Position numbers and translations under genes: made by a program. 64,000 nucleotides of DNA from an uncultured delta proteobacterium. Its GTDB lineage: Bacteria; Myxococcota; B64-G9. Positions 10,450 to 19,985 of the stretch are shown here, one piece after another; position 1 is the first letter of the stretch; every line of letters starts with the position of its first letter. Location of the stretch: assembly GCA_963754925.1 (NCBI GenBank), contig CAVWHX010000007.1:256001-320000 (forward strand). The letters run 5' to 3'. The notes below the pieces were generated by a model that had not been told where the DNA came from, searched no databases, and saw nothing but the letters and a program-made list of their open reading frames with translations.

Positions 10450-12204
10450 ATGAGCGGAATGCGTATCGTCGGACTGGGGCTTTTGATTCTTGCATTTAGT
10501 ATAGGAGGGTGCGGCAGTTCGAGCAGTGGGACTGGGGGTAAGTCCACCGTGACCGGCACTGCAGCCGCTGGCGGACCACTTACCGGCGTGACGGTCACCC
10601 TTAAGAATGTTACGGGAGGCAGTCGGACGGCGACGACGGCAAGTGACGGCACTTTCAGCATCGATACGAGCGGCCTCACGGCGCCATTTTTGGTGCAGAT
10701 TGTGAACGGCGCCAGCACGAAACTCTATAGCGTGAGCGCAGACGCCAATGCGCAATCGACCATCAATGTCACCCCGCTTACCGACCTCATCATTCGCTCC
10801 TGGTACAACGTGCAAGGCGTTTCAGTCGACGACGCCTTCGCTGCTCCAGCATCGAACCCCGCGCCAACGCCAACGGCGGTGTCGGTCATCAGCAACGTCG
10901 TCACGAACATCGTGCAACTGTGGATGAACCAGGCCGGTGTAACCAGCACCAATTTCAACCTCATTGCGACGCCCTTCACCGCCGACGGCACCGGAGTCGA
11001 TCACGTTCTCGACCTCGTCACGGTCGATACATCCACCGGCCAGGTCACCATCACCGATGGCACCACGACGCAACAGTCGACGGTGACCTATTCGACTTCG
11101 AACGACTCCATGTCGGTGTCCACCACCACCACCGGCCCCGGCGGGACCAGCACCAGCACCAGCGGTACGGTCGTGCCGGTTCAGACCGCGCAGCAGACCG
11201 CCGTCGACGCCATAGCGACGGTCTGTAACAACTTCGCCGACACCATCAACACCAAGGGCAATTCCCTGCAAGCGAGCAATCTGCTGCCCTACCTTGACTC
11301 TAACGCGCTCTGGGGCGGTCTTATGCCGAGCCAATGGGCAGGGCAAATCGCCTATGCCCTCGTCGGGAAGACCGTGTCCTTCTCAGGAATCACTATCAAG
11401 TCACTCGACACTACCGGGAATGTGGCCGACACGGTATTCCAGCTCTCCCAGAGCCAAGGCGGCCAGACCAGCACCTCCCCAAACGAGTTCTTCTTCAGAA
11501 AGGTCAACGGCGCCTGGCTCCTGTCCGGTGACCAGCGCATCGCTGATATCGAAGTACGGGCAAGCATGGTCACAAACCAGGGTGCGGTGAGCGACAACCC
11601 CGAGCTGACCCTCGAAGTTAACGTCGACGCCCCTCAAGGCACGGTGACCGGTGTAACTGTTTCCGGCGGCCCCTGGACGAGCGCGACCTCGCTAACCCCG
11701 GGGTCGACAAACGTAGCGCCTTGGGATACCACCCTAACCCTAAACAGCTTCGGAACATACGATGCCGGTATCTCGGGTATCTCGGGCGGGACACCGTTCA
11801 CATTCGTGGTGACACCATCGAGCGGGCCTGCGGTGACCTACACGCTGGCGGTCAACGCAACTACCACCGAGGCGATTAGTATTACCAATCTCACGGGAGG
11901 GACTATTGCGGATGCCCATCTTGGCTCACCGCAAACCGTGAACTGGACGCTGCCGAAGACGTTCGCCATCTCTCAAGTGAGACTGGGAACCGTGGCCTGG
12001 ACCGGGGATCAGAATAGCCCATCGACCTTGAAATGCGACGATATGGGCGAGACAACGGTCCTCGGCACTACCTCAACTACCGGCCAGATAACGATTCCTG
12101 CCACGTGCGGCCAGGCGGCGGCGGCCACCCTCCAAGCAGAAATCTATCTCCAGGTATATGGCATCAACGGTGAGTTCACGACCGTGTATTACACATTCCA
12201 ATAA
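10450..12204 (+). CDS. Large Thr/Ser-rich lipoprotein (carboxypeptidase-regulatory-like N-terminal beta domain)
   Basis: GGAGG RBS, lipobox IGGC, VTGTAAAG, T.SDGTFSID, INVTPLT. Confidence 0.85.
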   Translation: MSGMRIVGLGLLILAFSIGGCGSSSSGTGGKSTVTGTAAAGGPLTGVTVTLKNVTGGSRTATTASDGTFSIDTSGLTAPFLVQIVNGASTKLYSVSADANAQSTINVTPLTDLIIRSWYNVQGVSVDDAFAAPASNPAPTPTAVSVISNVVTNIVQLWMNQAGVTSTNFNLIATPFTADGTGVDHVLDLVTVDTSTGQVTITDGTTTQQSTVTYSTSNDSMSVSTTTTGPGGTSTSTSGTVVPVQTAQQTAVDAIATVCNNFADTINTKGNSLQASNLLPYLDSNALWGGLMPSQWAGQIAYALVGKTVSFSGITIKSLDTTGNVADTVFQLSQSQGGQTSTSPNEFFFRKVNGAWLLSGDQRIADIEVRASMVTNQGAVSDNPELTLEVNVDAPQGTVTGVTVSGGPWTSATSLTPGSTNVAPWDTTLTLNSFGTYDAGISGISGGTPFTFVVTPSSGPAVTYTLAVNATTTEAISITNLTGGTIADAHLGSPQTVNWTLPKTFAISQVRLGTVAWTGDQNSPSTLKCDDMGETTVLGTTSTTGQITIPATCGQAAAATLQAEIYLQVYGINGEFTTVYYTFQ

Positions 12205-12344
12205 GTGATCCTGCAGTTGAAAACCCATGCCGCTGGGTATGAGGTTTATTGTATGATCTCAAGTTGGGTTGAAGCGGTGATGGTCTTGACTAACGCTTCC
12301 GATACCTATAAAGAGATGCATATATATTATATAGAGGCGAAGTT

Positions 12345-13106
12345 ATGAAAATGTTCACAAGACTTGTAGTTTTTATTGCGGCGTCGATTTTGGTGCCCAG
12401 TGTCCCTGGGTCGGGCAACAACAGTCGGTCAGTCAATATACATTTGGCTCAGGCTGGTGAACCCAAACCACCGCCGGTACAGGACGACCAGCCGGTGCAA
12501 GACGACCAGCCGGTGCAGAACGACCAGCCGGTGCAAGACGACCAGCCGGTGCAGGACGACCAGCAGGTGCAGGACGACCAGCAGGTGCAGGATGATCAGT
12601 CGGAGGAGTACGGGCAGCCGGTGGACGACAATCTGCCGCAGGAGTTCGGCTACCAGCCCATCCTCTACAACGGCTACGTGGTTTATTACAACGACGGAGG
12701 CATCCCTTTCTACTGGAACCATGGTGCGATGGTGTGGATCCCCGAATCGCAGCGGAGGGTGTATTTCGAACACTGGAACCGCTACCGCGACAACTACCAC
12801 ACCTGGTACATCAACCGCGGCCACGAGTACCGCGAACACCACTTTGTGCCCGCCCACCAGAACCATCCGGCCATCCATCCTCGCGAGCTCGAGGAGCGGA
12901 AGAACAACACGATGATTCAAGAGCACAGTCAGGCTCGACCCAGCTTGCAGCCCCGTGAAGTCATCGAGAACGAACACAAACCGGTCATACGATCGCACGA
13001 GACCGGGCCACGAGAGACCCAACCGGCGCTTCGCCCTCGCGAGGAAGAGAAGCCCAAGCCGATCGTCAGACCCAAGAATGACAACAACGTGAAGAAAAAT
13101 AACTAA
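12345..13106 (+). CDS. Secreted protein with (QDDQPV)n repeats; N-terminus shared with 28524 and 52032
   Basis: Signal MKMFTRLVVFIAASILVP..LAQAGEP followed by the tandem repeat. Confidence 0.8.
   Translation: MKMFTRLVVFIAASILVPSVPGSGNNSRSVNIHLAQAGEPKPPPVQDDQPVQDDQPVQNDQPVQDDQPVQDDQQVQDDQQVQDDQSEEYGQPVDDNLPQEFGYQPILYNGYVVYYNDGGIPFYWNHGAMVWIPESQRRVYFEHWNRYRDNYHTWYINRGHEYREHHFVPAHQNHPAIHPRELEERKNNTMIQEHSQARPSLQPREVIENEHKPVIRSHETGPRETQPALRPREEEKPKPIVRPKNDNNVKKNN
12477..12600 (+). repeat. 18-bp coding tandem repeat (~7 units, GTGCAGGACGACCAGCCG)
   Basis: Visible directly; encodes VQDDQP/VQDDQQ. Confidence 0.95.
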
Positions 13107-13255
13107 TAGGAATGCTAGATGCTGAAAAGTGGTGAACCATTGTTCAGAAGAGAATACGATGTCTCCAAAACTCAACCAAACACTCAACGGTCAAAAGCGC
13201 ACGCCGGGTTAGTACAACGTATTCCGCAATTTTAATATCTGTTCATGCCTGTTAT

Positions 13256-13885
13256 TCATTTCTCCGCGATATGAACCTTTAATGGATATAGCATAATTGT
13301 CTTACTTTTTATGTGTTTTAGACCTGCCTCTGAAAACATTTGTTTATATTCATCGGTACTATATTGTTTCACATGCGCTTTCTCTATTTTTTTCCATGGC
13401 GCGTCAATCCACCTGGTAATAAAATCATCCGTGGTAGGGTCAAGAATATAAATTTTCCCTTTTTGTTTTAAAACCCGGTACGCCTCAGCAAGAGCTTTTC
13501 CTGGATTCAAATAATGATGGAATGAATTAGTACAAATAATAACATCAAAATAATCATTTCCCACAGGAAGTTCTTCTGCATTTGCCTTGTAATATTTTAC
13601 ATTTGTTAATCCTGATGAATTTTCTTTTGCTTTTGCAATCATTCCTTCGGAAATATCTACACCAACGAAGTTACCCTGCCCCGTTAATAAGCCAGCAGCA
13701 TAACGCACAGCCCACCCGGTGCCACAACCCAAGTCTAAGAAATTTACACTATTCTGTAAATTTGCGATTGAAATAATTTTCTTTTGCAAATATCTAAAAG
13801 GAGCCGCCCATGTATTATCAAATGTTTTAGACCAACTATCCCATTTCTTCTCATTAGCTTTATTGTGCTCATTGAGATTATTCAT
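13256..13885 (-). CDS. Class I SAM-dependent methyltransferase (UbiE-like)
   Basis: LDLGCGTG, GVDISEGM, ANAEELP, FDVIIC..SFHH, RVLKQKG; AGAGGAG RBS before the ATG at 13885. Confidence 0.9.
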   Translation of the reverse strand: MNNLNEHNKANEKKWDSWSKTFDNTWAAPFRYLQKKIISIANLQNSVNFLDLGCGTGWAVRYAAGLLTGQGNFVGVDISEGMIAKAKENSSGLTNVKYYKANAEELPVGNDYFDVIICTNSFHHYLNPGKALAEAYRVLKQKGKIYILDPTTDDFITRWIDAPWKKIEKAHVKQYSTDEYKQMFSEAGLKHIKSKTIMLYPLKVHIAEK

Positions 13886-13899
13886 ATTTGAATCTCCTC

Positions 13900-14076
13900 T
13901 GTCTTTCACCAAAACTCGTCCCTTTCGGCAGCAAGTAATGCAAAAGCTATTTCTTATCACATAACTCATCGTATTGCCATGAATCGGTGCATTCCATCAC
14001 GTGCGTTCACCAATTTACACCTAACATCGTCTTGTTGACTTGTTTTTTTATCTTGGATTTGGGGTGGAGAGGGACA
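13900..14076 (+). repeat. ~240-bp repeat family, copy with both termini and a shortened middle
   Basis: Left end TGTCTTTCACCAAAACTCGTCC; right end ..GGATTTGGGGTGGAGAGGGACA. Confidence 0.85.
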
Positions 14077-14109
14077 GGAGGTTCGCACGGCGAGTGAAAA
14101 CAAAACGTT

Positions 14110-14571
14110 GACAATGGTTGGGTTCGATTTGTTTCTATGCAGAATCATTACAACCTGCTCTATCGAGAAGAAGAGCGCGAGATGATGCCTCTTTGCCAGT
14201 CTGAGGGCATTGGCGTCATCCCCTGGAGTCCTCTCGCGCGAGGCCGCCTAGCCCGACCCTGGCAAACCGAAAGCACCAAACGTTACGAAACGGACCATTT
14301 CGGGAAGAAGCTGTATTCGCAGACCGAAGTGGCCGACCGGAAAGTTGTCAACCGCTTGGGTCAAATCTCTAAACAGCGCGGAGTTCCCCGTGCGCAAATC
14401 GCGCTGGCCTGGCTGCTCAGCAAGCCCGGCATCACCGCGCCAATTGTCGGTGCCACCAAATCACACCATCTCCAAGACGCCGTCGCGGCGCTCTCATTGA
14501 GTTTGAGCCCTGAACAAATAGCTGCTCTCGAGGAACCATACACACCGCATCCCGTCTTGGGCTTCAGCTAA
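14110..14571 (+). pseudogene. Aldo/keto reductase, 3' fragment only
   Basis: GWVRFVSMQNHYNLLYREEEREMMPLC..PWSPLARG..AQIALAW..PIVGATK; the N-terminal half is absent. Confidence 0.9.
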
Positions 14572-14612
14572 ACGATAGGGCAAGGTTGGCGAGGGGCAGG
14601 GTTCAATCCTAA

Positions 14613-14703
14613 TCTAATATTCATGATTTTTGGTTACGCAATTTGCGTTTAATCTGGTTTATTTGACCTGCTTTTTCTCTTGGATTTGTTTTGGCGAAGG
14701 ACA
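14613..14703 (+). repeat. ~240-bp repeat family, right-half copy (plus a lone right terminus at 14586-14598)
   Basis: ..GGATTTGTTTTGGCGAAGGACA overlaps the 3' end of the O-methyltransferase; TTGGCGAGGGGCA at 14586. Confidence 0.8.
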
Positions 14704-15357
14704 ACCTATTTTTATGCCTATAGTCAATCCATCACCGATGGGGAGCAATGTACTTTTTAAATCTGGGCACTGAACAATCATTTTGTTGAATTTATCGAGA
14801 GCTTCCACTGCATAATCCCATTTTGCTTGATCAAAGTCGGAGTTTATCAGGTTCGCACAAGGTAAAAGGGAATCTTCGGCCAATAAAACTCCACCTGGTT
14901 TTAGAAGAGTGACTAAATCATTTAGTAATACAGAATAAAGCGTTTTATCTCCGACATCTTGAAATATTAAGTCAAAGCTTTCTTTTAAAGTTGGAATGAT
15001 TTCCTTTGCGTCCCCGATTTTTACCTCGATAAGTTCAGAAACTCCAGCATGTTCAAAATTCTTTATCGCCTGTTTTGCTGATTGTTCATTATACTCAATC
15101 GTGGTAATTTTACCGCCGTATTCTTTAGCAATGTTAGCCATAGAGACCGTTGAATAGCCTATGCTTGTTCCAATTTCTAAGATCCTTTGTGGTCGTACCA
15201 AACGTATTAATAGCTGCATCATTCTTGAAACGTCGCTATCCACAACTGTTCCGAAGTGTTTTAGTTCTGTCGATTCAATATAATTTGTTTTGGATGCTTC
15301 GTCGTTTTCATATAAGGTATCAATATATGAAACGGCTTTCTCAAAATTAATTTTCAT
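14659..15357 (-). CDS. O-methyltransferase (caffeoyl-CoA OMT/YrrM-like)
   Basis: ILEIGTSIGYS, GDAKEII, FDLIFQD, LKPGGVLLAED, LPIGDGLTI; the tail CPSPKQIQEKKQVK is read from the repeat. Confidence 0.9.
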   Translation of the reverse strand: MKINFEKAVSYIDTLYENDEASKTNYIESTELKHFGTVVDSDVSRMMQLLIRLVRPQRILEIGTSIGYSTVSMANIAKEYGGKITTIEYNEQSAKQAIKNFEHAGVSELIEVKIGDAKEIIPTLKESFDLIFQDVGDKTLYSVLLNDLVTLLKPGGVLLAEDSLLPCANLINSDFDQAKWDYAVEALDKFNKMIVQCPDLKSTLLPIGDGLTIGIKIGCPSPKQIQEKKQVK

Positions 15358-15412
15358 GAATAACTCCCCAATTACCCCCCGGGAACTACGTCTGGTGTTA
15401 TTAAAACCTTAT

Positions 15413-15652
15413 TGTCGTTCGCCATCGAAAACTCGTCCTCGTTGAAAACAAAGCATTTCTAATATCGCCTGCACTACCCTACTCTACATTAAAATCTTGC
15501 CACTTAGTTTCGCTCGAACCACTCTATCACCATAACCTACTCAGGACTCAAGCCCATCTTTTCCAACATCCAGGATTGCGAGCGCACCAATTTAAGCGTA
15601 CCGCGGTTTAGTTGACGTGTTTTTTCTCTCGGATTTGGGTTGGTGAGGTACA
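15413..15652 (+). repeat. ~240-bp repeat family, full-length copy
   Basis: Runs from TGTCGTTCGCCA to TTGGTGAGGTACA and contains all conserved blocks. Confidence 0.9.
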
Positions 15653-15659
15653 ACTGAAG

Positions 15660-16460
15660 TCAGCCCGGTCGGACGGCGCTGGCGATCTGCCAGATCCGCC
15701 TCGAGTGGTGGATCTTCACGTTGCCGAAGCCCGCGCCCTCGATCAGGGAGCGCAGCTCGTCGCTGCCGCGCGCGGTCAGGCCACTCCACGTCGTCATTAG
15801 CATCTCGATGTCGCCGAGCAGCCCGTCGAGCCGACGTGACATGCCGCAGGCGAACCGTCCGCCCGGCTTGAGCACGCGCAGGATCTCGGAGAGCACCCGC
15901 GACAGATCTGAGAACAGGTGCAACGCACCGCAGCAGCTCACGCCGTCGAGCAAAGCATCGGCGATGGGGATCTCGAACGCGCTCGCGCGCAGCCATACGA
16001 TGTTGTCGATCGACTCCTCGCGGGCGCGGGCAGTCGCGTAAGAGAGCATGGGCCAGGAGATGTCGAGGCCGATTGCCACGCCCACCGGGACGTTACGCGC
16101 GATGGGGCGGGTGTAGATGCCGGGCCCGCAGGCGAGGTCGATGACGCGTGCATCCGTCCGCAGGGCCAGCGAGCTCAGAACCTGGGCCTGCTCTTCCTCG
16201 AAGGTGCAGCCGAAAGCGGCGGCGATGAGCGGACTACGACGCCACCACCGGCTCTCGTATATCCGCACCAGACGGGGCCACTCCATAGTCCGCTGGGCGT
16301 AGCCCGGCTTCTGCGTCGCGGGCGGCAGCAGGTCGATGACGCCGTGTGCGGCGGCAAACGCGGCGTTGCAGTTGCCGCATCGGGCCGTCTGGTTCTCTTG
16401 AATGAAGAGGAATCCCTTACGGCAGGCGGGGCAGCGGAGGAGATTGGCTGGCAGTGTCAT
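15660..16460 (-). CDS. SAM-dependent methyltransferase with N-terminal zinc ribbon
   Basis: CPAC..CGNC, IDLACGPG, GLDISWPML, CCGALHLF, RVLKPGG; GC-rich. Confidence 0.9.
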   Translation of the reverse strand: MTLPANLLRCPACRKGFLFIQENQTARCGNCNAAFAAAHGVIDLLPPATQKPGYAQRTMEWPRLVRIYESRWWRRSPLIAAAFGCTFEEEQAQVLSSLALRTDARVIDLACGPGIYTRPIARNVPVGVAIGLDISWPMLSYATARAREESIDNIVWLRASAFEIPIADALLDGVSCCGALHLFSDLSRVLSEILRVLKPGGRFACGMSRRLDGLLGDIEMLMTTWSGLTARGSDELRSLIEGAGFGNVKIHHSRRIWQIASAVRPG

Positions 16461-16665
16461 CTTGTCACTTCGTCCCTTCCGATTACATTCCGATCGTCGC
16501 ACGAATGCGACCGGCGGCGTTCCGGGTGATACACATCTTCACTGCCGCTTCAACCAGGACGCGCACCATCTCCTCTCAACACATCCCCGCTGCCGTGGCT
16601 CTCCTATCGTCTGCAGATAGCCCAAACCACAGCCTGTTGGATTTGACATATCGATAGCCAAAATG

Positions 16666-16749
16666 TCAAGGATTGTGAGTTCACCATATTAAGCTTTTGG
16701 TGGTTTTGTTGAATTGTTTTTTATCCCGGAGTTAGATTGGGGAGGGACG
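16666..16749 (+). repeat. ~240-bp repeat family, right-part copy
   Basis: AGGATTGTGAGTTCACCA...GTTGAATTGTTTTTTATCCCGGA...TTGGGGAGGGACG. Confidence 0.75.
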
Positions 16750-16754
16750 GCCTC

Positions 16755-17909
16755 TCACTGAAGGGTACAGGTGTTTGCGCAACTGCCGCTCGGCAGCTGC
16801 CCCGTCATCGTTTGGAAGTGGTTGGTGATCTGTGTCTGGCTGAGCAGGTAGTTGTAAATAGCAACCTTGCCGATGGCTCCCTGGAACCAACTGTCATGCG
16901 CCATCGTTCCGATGTTCACCGGGGTGTTCTTGGCCACCGGTACCACGCTGTACTGGCTCATGCAGCCGGTTGGGTTGTGGTTGGACTGGCTCCACTTGAC
17001 CCCGTTCACCCAGATGTTGATCGAGCCGGGATAGGCCGATGTACTCGGGCAATCCGATGGCTGACTCAACGTGGTGTATTCGCCCACGACGTAGTACCAC
17101 TCGCCCGCCTGCAACAGCCCTTCTGTCGGCTGCCAGTCTGCGGCGGATCCGAGGCCGGCGCTTGGGTTGAAGACATAGGCCGACAATCGATTGTAGCGGT
17201 CCTGCGAGTTGCTGGTATTGTACATACGAGCTTCCCACTCGCAGGTTGGCGAATAGCTCGCGCACTTGCCCATCCAATCGATATAGCCGCCGGTGCTGTG
17301 CGGGTACTGGAGTACATCCGGTCTGATCCATCCTTCCCAGGTTAGGTTTCCGGTAGTAGGAATCGAGAGGGATGCGTTAGACGGGATGGTCAGGTACTCG
17401 CACGATCCGTTGAAATCGGCGACTTGGTCACCGTTCGGCATCGTGGTGGTTGCCGGCGTACCGCCTTGGTAGGCGCCGCTGTTGCCGTTCCCGGTCAGGT
17501 CCGGTTCGGTCCCGTTGGTGTGATTCACGTCCCAAAAGGCGACCGGTTGATCCGCGAGCACGGCATCGTTGTACGACCCACCATTTTGAGGAGCGGAGCC
17601 CGTATTTGCAGCCTTCGTCGGTGCGGTTTCTACGGAGCCCGCTGTTGTAGCCGTCGTCGGTGCGGTTTCTGCGCACACCCCGTTGGAGCACGTTGCCGTG
17701 ACACAATCGCTCCCCTTCGTACACGTGTCGCCGACCGCGCAAGGCGAGCAGTTTCCGTCTCCACAGACAACGCCGCTCTCGCATTGCTTGCTAGGGCTAT
17801 ACGTGCACTTCCCATTTTTATCGCATACAGTATTGCTTATCTCGCCGGGGCCACAGCAAACGAGTATTAGCGTGGCAAGAGCCGAGGTGGCCCGAATTGG
17901 AATTCTCAT
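16755..17909 (-). CDS. Secreted Cys-rich + LamG/concanavalin-like domain protein
   Basis: Signal peptide, Cys-rich repeats, LADQPVAFW, LTWEGWIRP, WYYVVG, FQGAIGKVAIYN. Confidence 0.85.
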   Translation of the reverse strand: MRIPIRATSALATLILVCCGPGEISNTVCDKNGKCTYSPSKQCESGVVCGDGNCSPCAVGDTCTKGSDCVTATCSNGVCAETAPTTATTAGSVETAPTKAANTGSAPQNGGSYNDAVLADQPVAFWDVNHTNGTEPDLTGNGNSGAYQGGTPATTTMPNGDQVADFNGSCEYLTIPSNASLSIPTTGNLTWEGWIRPDVLQYPHSTGGYIDWMGKCASYSPTCEWEARMYNTSNSQDRYNRLSAYVFNPSAGLGSAADWQPTEGLLQAGEWYYVVGEYTTLSQPSDCPSTSAYPGSINIWVNGVKWSQSNHNPTGCMSQYSVVPVAKNTPVNIGTMAHDSWFQGAIGKVAIYNYLLSQTQITNHFQTMTGQLPSGSCANTCTLQ

Positions 17910-18722
17910 AGCTTCCTCCGTTCGGGGTCTTCTTCTATAGCGGTGAAATTAAAAAATGCCTCGGACGAAGAGATCGGGCTACCAACGAATTGGGTTACGT
18001 TGACGCAAGACAGGGTGCAAGAGTCGTTAATACTGGAAAGCAACTCTTGGCACGCGTTTTCGTCACAGTACCGGAGAGCGGACATTGGCATTTCGTTCGT
18101 TGAATAAACCCACCATAATTGGAGGCTTGCGAGAACTATCCAGTTCTCTCTTCCTATAGTTGTTTTCATTCCATACCTCTCTTCAGAAAGTTGTTGGCTC
18201 AATTATAATAAGATCATGATAATGAATTTATTTTTGAGGATTGGAGCTAGGAGGCTACGGAGGGTGGATAGAGGAATACTCCCGTTGGCCCGGTCCCCAA
18301 TGCTGTAATACCGACGTCAAAAACACATCCCCTCAGATGAATTGACTAACCCCAACAATGATAAAAAAATTAAACTGAAACGGCAAGGATTAATTTCATT
18401 AATTTGAAAATAAATATGCCGATCAAACAGGATGGACAAAAGTTATTTTTTATTAGTAAGTTACATAACTACCTTCGACAATCACGATACTGAAATAATT
18501 ACCGCTACTTTGAATATAAACAGTTAGAGTGATTAATAGGTAATCCTAAAAACAAAACCTCGATGCGCTCACTGGCCGACCAGCCGTTTCAAGCTATCGA
18601 CAATAGGGAGATAACCTATTGTCGATAGTTGATAATTATCTAGAGAAGAGGGAACAAATTGTCCACAATGACTCTCTTACAAAAGACTTACTAACGGGGG
18701 GCACTACACGGTCCGCCCGGTG

Positions 18723-18784
18723 CATTTCACCTGCACTACTCTACTCCACATTGAGATCTCGCGGAATAGTTCCGCTCGCACCAC
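18723..18784 (+). repeat. ~240-bp repeat family, internal fragment interrupted by the IS3 element
   Basis: CACCTGCACTACTCTACTCCACATTGAGATCT...TAGTTCCGCTCGCACCAC|IS|CCACTCT. Confidence 0.8.
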
Positions 18785-18813
18785 TGACGTGCCCCCGTTC
18801 ATAGGACCACTCT

Positions 18814-19725
18814 CTATGAGAGTTGTTCATGGTTAACCATCGTTCCTTTATCCATAGCAACACCAGTTTTCAGAGCGAAGGGAGCCGGAGGCGACCGAAG
18901 CTCTGAAAACTGTCGCGCGAACTCCGCCGGTGTCTCCTGTCCCAGCGAGCTGTGTGGCCGCACATGATTGTAATCCATCCGCCATGATTCGATTTTATTA
19001 CGAGCATCTTGTAGATTTATAAACCAATGTTGATTGAGACATTCATCTCGAAATTTGCCGTTGAAGCTTTCGATCAGGGCATTCTGCACCGGCTTGCCTG
19101 GCTCGATAAAATGCAACTGCACCCCATGCCGGTACGCCCAGAGGTCCAGCGCACGACTCGTGAACTCCGGACCGTTATCCGTCACCATCGCTTCGGGATA
19201 CCTACCCCGTTCAGCGGCAATATCGTCCAAAATCCTGGCCACCCGGCTGCCGGAAATGGACGTGTCTACGGGTAAGGCAAGACTCTCTCGACTGAATTCA
19301 TCCAGCACGCTCAACACCTTCAACCGTCGCCCATCTGAGAGACAATCAGATAGAAAATCCATCGACCATCGCTCGTTGAGTCCTTCCGGAAGACGCAGCG
19401 GCTGCCGCGCGATGCTCCGGTATCTCTTGCGCTGCTTCTTCCTCACGCTCAATCCCTCTTGCCGATACAGCCGATACACCCGCTTGTGATTCACCACATA
19501 CCCTTCCCGCCGCAATAACACCTGCAACCGTCGATATCCGAAGCGTACCCGCTGCGCCGCAAGCTCTAAAAGACGCTCCCGCAACTGCGGATACAGTTGG
19601 CCTACCGAACGGTACCGAAAGCTCGATCGCCCGATCCTCATCAGCCCGCAGGCGCGTCGTTCGCTCACCCCAAATTCCTCGCGGGCATGCACAACGGCCT
19701 GCTTTCGCGCTGCGGGCTTCACCAT
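18814..19725 (-). CDS. IS3 transposase OrfB (DDE integrase core)
   Basis: RFGYRR, WSMDF, DNGPEF, PGKPVQNALIESFNGKFRDECLN, YNHVRPHSSLG. Confidence 0.97.
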   Translation of the reverse strand: MVKPAARKQAVVHAREEFGVSERRACGLMRIGRSSFRYRSVGQLYPQLRERLLELAAQRVRFGYRRLQVLLRREGYVVNHKRVYRLYRQEGLSVRKKQRKRYRSIARQPLRLPEGLNERWSMDFLSDCLSDGRRLKVLSVLDEFSRESLALPVDTSISGSRVARILDDIAAERGRYPEAMVTDNGPEFTSRALDLWAYRHGVQLHFIEPGKPVQNALIESFNGKFRDECLNQHWFINLQDARNKIESWRMDYNHVRPHSSLGQETPAEFARQFSELRSPPAPFALKTGVAMDKGTMVNHEQLS

Positions 19726-19985
19726 TTTCTTGAGTTGATATCCCTCAAGATCTGGTTGTCGAGAGTGAGATCGGCCACGGCACGCTTCAGCCTTCGGTTT
19801 TCTTCCTCAAGCTGCTTCAGCCGCCGCGCCTCGCTGACGTCCATCCCGCCGTACTTGGATTTCCAACGGTAGTACGTTTGTTCGCAGAAGCCATGTGTGC
19901 GACAGAGATCAGACAGCTTCACCCCCGCTTCGGCTTCTTTCAATATCCCGATGATCTTATCCTCAGAAAACCGTTTCCCTTTCAT
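19719..19985 (-). CDS. IS3 transposase OrfA (HTH)
   Basis: MKGKRFSEDKIIGILKE..TYYRWKSKYGGM..LEEENRRLK; overlaps orfB in the -1 frame. Confidence 0.97.
   Translation of the reverse strand: MKGKRFSEDKIIGILKEAEAGVKLSDLCRTHGFCEQTYYRWKSKYGGMDVSEARRLKQLEEENRRLKRAVADLTLDNQILRDINSRKW

Noticed and set aside
14586..14610. Right end of the repeat as a tRNA 3' end (minus strand ..CCCTGCCCCTCGCCA)
   Set aside because: The T-loop is mismatched and the acceptor strand is one base short. The inverted-repeat match to the left end explains it better.
15470..15490. CTACCCTAC/CTACTCTAC as a group II intron 3' end
   Set aside because: There is no domain V hairpin upstream and no RT/maturase.
17906..18202. 98-aa ORF upstream of the LamG gene
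   Set aside because: No recognisable domain. At most a decayed Cys-rich gene start.
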